From assembly GCA_002493325.1 (NCBI GenBank), contig DKYL01000004.1:4940-68939 (forward strand): a stretch of 64,000 nucleotides of DNA. The letters are read 5' to 3'. The stretch comes from Ruminococcaceae bacterium UBA7101. GTDB lineage: Bacteria; Bacillota; Clostridia; Oscillospirales; Acutalibacteraceae. Of the stretch, positions 8,756 to 15,819 are shown piece by piece (the stretch's first letter is position 1; each line of letters begins with the position of its first letter). The notes below the pieces were generated by a model. The model saw only the letters and a list, made by a program, of their open reading frames with translations, made no database searches and had not been told where the DNA came from. Both the position numbers and the translations under genes were made by a program.

Positions 8756-10222
8756 TTAATCAGCCTTAAAATTATATATGGGCTTAATTTGCAAAAGAAC
8801 ATCTGCTGTCGGTGTAATTTGTGTCACAATCTCATCTTTATTCTTATAAGCCATAGGCGATTCGTCTATGGTAGATTCTTTAACACAGGTTGAGAAAACA
8901 CCCGCCATTTCCTTTTGATACTCATCAATAGAGAGCAAATCTCTGGCAGTTCCTCTGCTCATAAGCCTTCCGGCACCGTGCGGAGCAGAGCAGTTCCAGT
9001 CCGCATTGCCTTTACCAACACAAATCAGGCTACCGTCACGCATATTGATAGGAATTAAAAGCATTTCGCCCCTTTGTGCGGAAACAGCACCTTTGCGAAC
9101 AACATTATTTTTCAAGTCAATATAATTGTGGACGGTTTCAAACGAATCAAACAATTCAATACCTTTGCCAAAATAATTTGTAAGAATCAGATTTGCAATT
9201 ATTTGACGATTCAAAATATACCGTTCATCATCACCGACCAACAAGGTCATTTCAATATGGTCAAGATTATAATCTCTGCCTATAGAAACCCCCCATAAAT
9301 TTTTTTTGAATTTTTCTGCTAAATCATAATATTTTTCATATTCTTCTTCAGTTTGTTTTATTGAAATTTTATTAATACTGTCCAATCTATAAAATATAGC
9401 TCTTTTAAATCTGTAATGATAAGCCATAAGATATTGTCGCCCACCTTGAGTACTTACATATATCTTAATAGGAAACACCTTATATTTGCCTATGTTATCT
9501 CTTTTAAGGGGATTTACCTCAATTTCAATCGCTCTGTGTTCTCTGATTGCCTCAAAAAGTATAAACAGTATTTCGCTTTCCAATGCGTACAGAATATAAT
9601 GGTGTTTAAAGCTAAAGTAATCAGGAATGCTTTCATACTTATCAAGTACATATGAACCGACAACACCTATAGGATTTTCCTCAGAAAAAAAAGCAACTGC
9701 ATCTTTCCATGATTCTAAATCAACTTCATCCTCATTTTTGCTAAAGATTAATTCTTTTCCATTTTTTTCACTTTTTATAATACCTAACTTTTCATATTCC
9801 TTTAACTTTTTACGAATTGTTGACTCGTCAATCTGATAATCATCAAACAATGACAGATAGTCTAATGATATTATATCGGCAATTTCCCTTATTGACTTGA
9901 AAGTGCTATCGGAAAGAATATCCAAAATATAAAAATGCAGCATTATATCATTATCTGTAAAGCTTTTAGCCTTAAATGCATTATATAAAGGATTATGGGA
10001 AATGTTTCTGCTGTCAACTGCTATAAATATATTTTTACCATTTGCATTCTGCCGAAATGACATATAATCACCAAGCCAGCTCTCTATTCGCCTGCGTTCA
10101 TTATCATAGCTTCTTGCACTTTTTGATGTATATTCATTACGGCTTTTAAATCCATAAATATAAAACTGACTCATATATTCACGAATTTTAGAAAAATTTT
10201 TAATCAGTTCACTAAAAGCCAT
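8756..10222 (-). CDS. WYL-domain transcriptional regulator fused in frame to the C-terminal part of an RtcB RNA ligase (chimera, possibly a deletion product)
   Basis: N-terminal MAFSELIKNF..IREYM, wHTH (DESTIRKKLKEYEKLGII) and WYL (FPIKIY..GRQYLMAY..FYRLDSI). C-terminal VHNYID, RKGA, IPINMRDGS, SAPHGAGRLMSR, DESPMAYK, IKPIYNFKA of RtcB. RBS GGAGGTGA before the ATG at 10222. Confidence 0.85.
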   Translation of the reverse strand: MAFSELIKNFSKIREYMSQFYIYGFKSRNEYTSKSARSYDNERRRIESWLGDYMSFRQNANGKNIFIAVDSRNISHNPLYNAFKAKSFTDNDIMLHFYILDILSDSTFKSIREIADIISLDYLSLFDDYQIDESTIRKKLKEYEKLGIIKSEKNGKELIFSKNEDEVDLESWKDAVAFFSEENPIGVVGSYVLDKYESIPDYFSFKHHYILYALESEILFILFEAIREHRAIEIEVNPLKRDNIGKYKVFPIKIYVSTQGGRQYLMAYHYRFKRAIFYRLDSINKISIKQTEEEYEKYYDLAEKFKKNLWGVSIGRDYNLDHIEMTLLVGDDERYILNRQIIANLILTNYFGKGIELFDSFETVHNYIDLKNNVVRKGAVSAQRGEMLLIPINMRDGSLICVGKGNADWNCSAPHGAGRLMSRGTARDLLSIDEYQKEMAGVFSTCVKESTIDESPMAYKNKDEIVTQITPTADVLLQIKPIYNFKAD

Positions 10223-10434
10223 ATTCTCACCTCCCGAATACATAATCTATAATAAATGATATCAAACAAAAACACAAATAAATAATTTAACTTTTTATGT
10301 AAATAAAAGTAAAGTCACCAAATATGAATATAACGAAGCCTGCACTAAAAATATGACAGGCGTGAAATCCACACAATAAATGAGCATAATCCACTGCTCA
10401 AATATCAATTGTATATATCATTATAATCACATAT

Positions 10435-10470
10435 AAAAAGCGTTGAGATTTAAAAATCCCAACACTTTTT
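10435..10470 (-). terminator. Probable terminator of the NERD gene
   Basis: Imperfect hairpin AAAAAGCGTTGAGATTT..AAATCCCAACACTTTTT directly after the stop codon. Confidence 0.55.
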
Positions 10471-10472
10471 AA

Positions 10473-11078
10473 TCATAATGCCGATAATAAGTTTGTTGCT
10501 CTATGTATCAGCTTTTCGTCGTATATTTTAGCCTGTCGTTCGTGAATGATTTGGTCTAATTCTTCAACATCACTTATTACACATTCATCCTCAACAGGAC
10601 TGTTCTGATTAATAAAATAAGCATAACCTTTTATCCAGATTCTGATATTGTTATTCTTTAAGTACTTAGACAAAATATAAATCTGCCTTTTGGTTTGCTT
10701 GATTGGATTTCTTACTTTCTTTGTAAAAACATGACCGCCCGGAGAAACTTTTTCTTTTATCCAATCATAATCATCCGCATCACCATAGAGCCTTCCGTTA
10801 TAATTCTTAATTTCAATAATAAAAATGCCGTTTTTGTTTATAATCAAATTATCAATTTCCGTTTCCTTTCCGTCTACACTCAAACTGATATTGTTTAGAA
10901 GAATATCATCACTGCGAAGAATGCTTCTTATTAGATTACAGAAGATTTCTTCGCCTTTACTGCCGGCATATTTAATTTCTTCTTGCTCGTGTTCATTATT
11001 TGATTTAACACTAAAAATAAAAAAAATTAAAAGAATTAAAACAATTAAAATAACAAATAATACAATTCCTGTAATCAT
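10473..11078 (-). CDS. Membrane-anchored NERD (nuclease-related domain) protein
   Basis: N-terminal TM helix. NERD pattern GxxGE, TEIDNLIINKNGIFIIEIKNYNG, NPIKQ. Confidence 0.88.
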   Translation of the reverse strand: MITGIVLFVILIVLILLIFFIFSVKSNNEHEQEEIKYAGSKGEEIFCNLIRSILRSDDILLNNISLSVDGKETEIDNLIINKNGIFIIEIKNYNGRLYGDADDYDWIKEKVSPGGHVFTKKVRNPIKQTKRQIYILSKYLKNNNIRIWIKGYAYFINQNSPVEDECVISDVEELDQIIHERQAKIYDEKLIHRATNLLSAL

Positions 11079-11220
11079 ATAATGATCCTCAAATAATTTT
11101 CAATGAAAAAACTTGAAAGTGTATCCGAATTTTTTCAATAAATTTTATAGTATATTACAATGTTTTTTCTCTTTTCACTTTAAAACCTTAACTATGAAGA
11201 CAAAACAATTTCAACGGAAT

Positions 11221-11395
11221 AGCGTTTTTGGATATTCTGATACCATTCTCATCATAAGTATAGCTGTAATTATTAACGTCGTCATCTATGCGTTTAAGAC
11301 TTCTGCCGAGATTATGCAATGGAAAAACTATAACCTGCAATACCTGAACCATTGTCTGTTGGTGTTGCGGTTAAAGTGTTATACTGGTTTGTTCA
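11221..11395 (-). pseudogene. Fragments of an RHS/YD-repeat and Ig-like surface protein gene
   Basis: Minus-strand fragments TNQYNTLTATPTDNGSGIAGYSF* and, after a frameshift, LGRSLKRIDDDVNNYSYTYDENGIRISK. No intact ORF. Confidence 0.55.
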
Positions 11396-11508
11396 TTTGT
11401 ATAATTCCAATCTCTCCAACCTTTACATAACTTTCGTTAATTATATAAAGCAATATATTTTTTAACTAATCTAGTGCATTGTTCAGCTCACTTGATGGAT
11501 AATCTAAA

Positions 11509-11535
11509 ATACGAAGCAGAAATTCTGCTTCGTAT
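11509..11535 (-). terminator. Hairpin/terminator after the lipoprotein gene
   Basis: ATACGAAGCAGAA-a-TTCTGCTTCGTAT inverted repeat followed by TTT on the minus strand. Confidence 0.7.
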
Positions 11536-11543
11536 CAACATCA

Positions 11544-12224
11544 TTAATCCCAGCCGCCTTCAACGACTTCAATACCTGTTACAAGTGTAATTTCGTGGGT
11601 CTGATCTCTGTCACTTGCCTCAACTGTGAACTTATTATTTGTAATGCCTACACCGTCAATTGTGATAATAAATTCAACAGCACCCTTTTTATTACTAATG
11701 TCATATTCTTTCGTAAAGGCTGTACCTAACTTAACGTCTTCCTTGGTAAGCTCCTCAAACTTTTTATCACCCTCAACTCTGTACTGAATTACCATTTCGG
11801 TGTCAAGAGGTGTGTATGTAGGAACATTGACAACCAGATGAATGTCCCTTTTCTTTGACTTGGTAGGTGCTTCAGTCGGCTTAGTGGTTGAATTGCCTGT
11901 CGGCTTTGTTGTTCCGCTGCCGCCTGAGCCGTTATTCTTCTTTTCAGTAGTATCCTCTTTACCGTCTGCATTTGATTTTGTTGTTTCGTTTTTATTATCC
12001 TTGGAATCTGACTGCTGCTTTTCGTCAGCCGTACTGCTTTCAGAATTACCCTGAGCCTCAGTGCTGACCTCTGTTACAACATTACCGTCCTTATCGGTAA
12101 CGGTTTCACCGTTTTCATCGGTAACAGGAATTGTAACAACAGTGTCCTGATACTCCTTTGACTTACAGCCTGCAAAGGCTAAAACGATTGTTAAAACCAT
12201 TAGTACCGCAATTATTTTTTTCAT
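11544..12224 (-). CDS. Lipoprotein of unknown function with a Ser/Thr/Lys-rich linker
   Basis: MKKIIAVLMVLTIVLAFAGC lipobox, VTDENGETVTDKDG repeat, low-complexity linker, beta-rich C-terminal domain. RBS AAGGGGG before the ATG at 12224. Confidence 0.8.
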   Translation of the reverse strand: MKKIIAVLMVLTIVLAFAGCKSKEYQDTVVTIPVTDENGETVTDKDGNVVTEVSTEAQGNSESSTADEKQQSDSKDNKNETTKSNADGKEDTTEKKNNGSGGSGTTKPTGNSTTKPTEAPTKSKKRDIHLVVNVPTYTPLDTEMVIQYRVEGDKKFEELTKEDVKLGTAFTKEYDISNKKGAVEFIITIDGVGITNNKFTVEASDRDQTHEITLVTGIEVVEGGWD

Positions 12225-12237
12225 TACTTTTACCCCC

Positions 12238-14133
12238 TTAAATAAATGCACTGAAGGATGCATCACTCGGCATTCTCCAATCCCCTCTCGGACTCAGTGA
12301 AACAGATCCGACCTTGGGTGAATCGGGAATGCAGGAACGTTTGAACTGGCTGATAAAAAAGCGTTTGAAAAACACGGTCAGCCACTTGTTAATTGTTTCG
12401 CTGTCATAAACACCATCAAAAGCCCTGACAGCCAAAGCTTTTATTTTATCCTTTGTAAAGCCGAAGCGAACAAAGTTATAAAGGAAGAAATCGTGAAGCT
12501 CATACGGACCGATATTATCCTCCGTTTTCTGAGCAATTTTGCCGTTTTCATCAGGCGGCAGAAGCTCAGGTGAAACAGGTGTGTCAAGCACGTCAAACAG
12601 AATATCGGCTGTTATGCTTTCACTGACATTTGCCACATACTCAACCAGATATCTTACAAGCGTTTTTGGTACTGACGCATTGACACCGTACATACTCATA
12701 TGGTCGCCGTTGTAGGTGCACCAGCCCATTGCAAGCTCACTTAAATCACCTGTTCCCACAAGCAGCTTTGCATACTTATTTGCCATATCAAACAGAATCT
12801 GAGTACGCTCACGAGCCTGTGTATTTTCGTAGGTAATATCCTTAACAGCCTCATCGTGCTCAATATCCTTCATATGCTGCATACAGGCATCCTTAATGCT
12901 GATTTCTTTAATGGTTACACCCAGTGCTTTCATCAAATCAACGGCATTCTGATACGTTCTGTCGGTCGTTCCAAAGCCAGGCATTGTGATACCGAGAATA
13001 TCGCTGTTCGGTCTGCCAAGCATTTTCATGGCTTCAACTGCAACAAGCAGTGCAAGGGTTGAATCAAGACCGCCCGATATACCCACAACAACACCGCTTG
13101 AGCCAACGTGCTCAACTCTTTTGGCAAGACCTGATGCCTGAATAGCAAATATTTCTTTACATCTTTCCCGACGCTTTTCATCATCGGCAGGAACAAAAGG
13201 ATGCGGGTCAACAAAACGGTATTTTAAATCATTAATTTCGTTATCAATTGTGATTTTTGAAAAGCCTATTTCACTGCTTAAATTTTCAAAGGACATATTG
13301 CTTTGCCTTTGTGCATTCAGTTTTTCAATATCCATATCGGCAATGGTCAGAACAGTGTCACGAACAAAACGCTCACCCTCAGCAAGCACTGCACCGTTTT
13401 CAGCCACAAGTGTTGCACCGCTGAAAACCAAATCGGTTGTGCTTTCATAAACGCCTGCACCTGCATAAGCATAGCCGCAAATGCACCTTGCAGATTGATT
13501 GGATATTAAATCACGTCTGTATTCAGCCTTTGATACATACTCATCACTGGCTGAAAGATTTGCAATAATATTCGCACCGTGGCATACAAGGGTACTGCTT
13601 GGCGGAGAGGGCACCCACAAATCCTCACAAAGCTCAACACCTAAAACAGCACCATCACCAAGGTCAAAAATCTGTGAGCCGATTAAAGTATTACAGCCGC
13701 ACAGATTTATGGGCTGACAGCTTTTGAACTGACTGCCCGATGCAAACCATCTTTTTTCATAAAACTCATTATAATTTGCAATATGCTGTTTGGGTACAAC
13801 ACCGCAGATTCTGCCGTCACTTATAACCACAGCACAATTGTAAAGGCTGTTATAAAACGGCACAGGCATACCGACCAGCACAGCAATATTTTTATCGGCA
13901 GTATATTTTATGATTTCGCAAAGAGCCTGCTCTGCAGAATGCTGTAATTGCTTTGTAAAAAACAAATCCGCACAGGTATAGCCAGTTATGGACAGCTCGG
14001 GTGTAACAAGAAGTCTTACATCCTCGCTCACTGCCTTATCAATCGCCTTTTTAATTTCTTCTTTATTATAATTCGGATCTGCAACCCTTAGCTTTAATGA
14101 TGCGGCTGCAACTCTGAAAAATCCATAATTCAT
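12238..14133 (-). CDS. nadE: Glutamine-dependent NAD(+) synthetase
   Basis: Nitrilase-like domain (TPELSITGY, EFYEKRWF, ELCEDLW) plus synthetase motifs GISGGLDST, ENTQARER, TGDLSE, SQFKRS. Confidence 0.96.
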   Translation of the reverse strand: MNYGFFRVAAASLKLRVADPNYNKEEIKKAIDKAVSEDVRLLVTPELSITGYTCADLFFTKQLQHSAEQALCEIIKYTADKNIAVLVGMPVPFYNSLYNCAVVISDGRICGVVPKQHIANYNEFYEKRWFASGSQFKSCQPINLCGCNTLIGSQIFDLGDGAVLGVELCEDLWVPSPPSSTLVCHGANIIANLSASDEYVSKAEYRRDLISNQSARCICGYAYAGAGVYESTTDLVFSGATLVAENGAVLAEGERFVRDTVLTIADMDIEKLNAQRQSNMSFENLSSEIGFSKITIDNEINDLKYRFVDPHPFVPADDEKRRERCKEIFAIQASGLAKRVEHVGSSGVVVGISGGLDSTLALLVAVEAMKMLGRPNSDILGITMPGFGTTDRTYQNAVDLMKALGVTIKEISIKDACMQHMKDIEHDEAVKDITYENTQARERTQILFDMANKYAKLLVGTGDLSELAMGWCTYNGDHMSMYGVNASVPKTLVRYLVEYVANVSESITADILFDVLDTPVSPELLPPDENGKIAQKTEDNIGPYELHDFFLYNFVRFGFTKDKIKALAVRAFDGVYDSETINKWLTVFFKRFFISQFKRSCIPDSPKVGSVSLSPRGDWRMPSDASFSAFI

Positions 14134-14170
14134 TTTATCACCTAAATATAAACAAAATGCCTATAAAATG

Positions 14171-15046
14171 TTAAATCATTGTTATTTTAAATCTGAAAGA
14201 AACCGTTTCATTCGGATTTAAAACCGTCATTCCCCTTTTATTTTCAAAAGTACCATCCTCGTCATTACAGCTTGAAATGCCTGTCCATGGCTCAAGTGCA
14301 ACAAATGGTGCATTGCCCACGGCAGACCAGATTAAAAGATTGTTCATATCGTTAAATTCAATCCTGACACCTTTGCCGTTTTTGCCAATCATTGTGGCTG
14401 TCTTTGCCTCACAGCCGTAAAAAATCAACGCATCCCTGTCCTCAAACAAATCGTGCTTCAGTTCAAGCGTATCACTGCCTTTCATCACATCAAACTTTTC
14501 GTCAACATTCACAAGTCCGCTGTGATGATCAGGTCTTAAGCATGGCTTTGTAACAGGCTTGTCAAAAACGACCTTATAATCCTCAAACGCCTCGTCCTCA
14601 GATAACGGACAATTGAAGGCAGGGTGACCGCCGATAACAAACGGCAGCTTATCATCACCAGTGTTGGTAATAATATATTCATTAGTAACAGTATCTCCAT
14701 TGATTGTGTATTTTATTTTAAGCTCATAATCAAAAGGAAACTGTGCCTTGGTTTTTTCACTGCTCTGCTGAATGAAGGTTACACTGTTTTCATAAGCCTC
14801 ATAAACCTCAAAAGGATTTATTCTTGCAACGCCGTGGCGCTTCATTTCACAGGGCTTGCCAAAGGCATTCGCCTTGCCGTCAGGCAATACGCCGACAATA
14901 GGAAAGCAGACAGGTGCCTGTCCTGCCCAGTATGCTGCGTCACCCTGCCACAGATACTCTGTATCATTTTTAACAAGTGAATTCAGCTGTGCTCCGTCAA
15001 TACCGAGAACAGCATAGCTTTTTTCGCTTGTAATTTTAATCTGCAT
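14171..15046 (-). CDS. Aldose 1-epimerase family protein (LacX-like)
   Basis: EYLWQGD..YW...APVCFPIVG, RHGVAR, IGGHPAFNCP, FVALEPW. RBS GGAG before MQIK. Confidence 0.9.
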   Translation of the reverse strand: MQIKITSEKSYAVLGIDGAQLNSLVKNDTEYLWQGDAAYWAGQAPVCFPIVGVLPDGKANAFGKPCEMKRHGVARINPFEVYEAYENSVTFIQQSSEKTKAQFPFDYELKIKYTINGDTVTNEYIITNTGDDKLPFVIGGHPAFNCPLSEDEAFEDYKVVFDKPVTKPCLRPDHHSGLVNVDEKFDVMKGSDTLELKHDLFEDRDALIFYGCEAKTATMIGKNGKGVRIEFNDMNNLLIWSAVGNAPFVALEPWTGISSCNDEDGTFENKRGMTVLNPNETVSFRFKITMI

Positions 15047-15079
15047 AAACAACAACTCCGTAAATTCTCTATTCATAAT

Positions 15080-15140
15080 CATTATAACTTATAGAAAGTT
15101 ATAATGCAATATTGAAAATATTGTACATATGCGTTAAAAT
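15080..15140. promoter_or_regulatory. Divergent promoters with a palindromic operator
   Basis: Minus strand TTGCAT-17-TATAAT (15109-15081) overlapped by CATTATAACTT-ataga-AAGTTATAATG. Plus strand TTGAAA-17-TAAAAT (15112-15140). Confidence 0.6.
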
Positions 15141-15170
15141 ACAGTTAGGCTTTATGAGGAGGATTTATAA

Positions 15171-15743
15171 ATGGACATTGAAAGCTATATTAACGAAGCA
15201 ATATTTGAAGAGAAAGAACAGCACAAATGCTTTTATCAATTAATATGGGATAATTTCAAGGAGGACGGCTTTGTAATAACCGACGAGGACGGATATGAGA
15301 TTGATGCAGTCATCAAGGCTGTTGCCATTCAGAATCTTGTTGGAGAATTCATTTACAGACTGTATGACGAGGTGAACGAAACAGGTCTTGAAGATGTTAT
15401 TGAATACCTGCAGACCCTCGGCTACTCTGATGATGATATCCTTGCTTATTGTGAAAGCAAGAATGAAATCGATGTGGATGATGACTTTGAGCTGACCGTA
15501 AAAAATGCACTTGACTACAACACCGAAATTGTTGCGGATAAGATGCTTGAATTATTCCCTGCCGATGATTTGTTTGATTATTTCTTCACTGCAACCTATG
15601 AATTTGAGCAGGACTTCACCTTTGATTTTGAGGATTATGAGGAAATGCTTGCATTTGTTGACACAAATCAGGACCAGCTTGACAATTATAAAGATGAATA
15701 TGAAAATGTTTTAAGATGGATAAAATCAGGTATGATTTGTTAA
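15171..15743 (+). CDS. Highly acidic hypothetical protein
   Basis: Strong RBS GAGGAGGA, own promoter and terminator. About 52 D/E versus 11 K/R in 190 aa (hand count). Confidence 0.8.
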   Translation: MDIESYINEAIFEEKEQHKCFYQLIWDNFKEDGFVITDEDGYEIDAVIKAVAIQNLVGEFIYRLYDEVNETGLEDVIEYLQTLGYSDDDILAYCESKNEIDVDDDFELTVKNALDYNTEIVADKMLELFPADDLFDYFFTATYEFEQDFTFDFEDYEEMLAFVDTNQDQLDNYKDEYENVLRWIKSGMIC

Positions 15744-15764
15744 ACAGCCTTGAAACAATAGTAC

Positions 15765-15800
15765 AAAATCCCTGCAATTTGTTTGAATTGCAGGGATTTT
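15765..15800. terminator. Bidirectional terminator
   Basis: AAAATCCCTGCAATT..AATTGCAGGGATTTT between convergent genes. Confidence 0.85.
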
Positions 15801-15819
15801 ATATTGTGCATATATTTAT

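Noticed and set aside
8756-9210. Separate rtcB gene reached by frameshift or internal start
   Set aside because: The RtcB segment is in frame with WYL, has no RBS or start codon at the junction, and lacks the N-terminal catalytic motifs.
11113-11430. 105-aa plus-strand ORF
   Set aside because: No RBS or recognisable motif. The opposite strand carries the recognisable RHS/Ig-like fragments.
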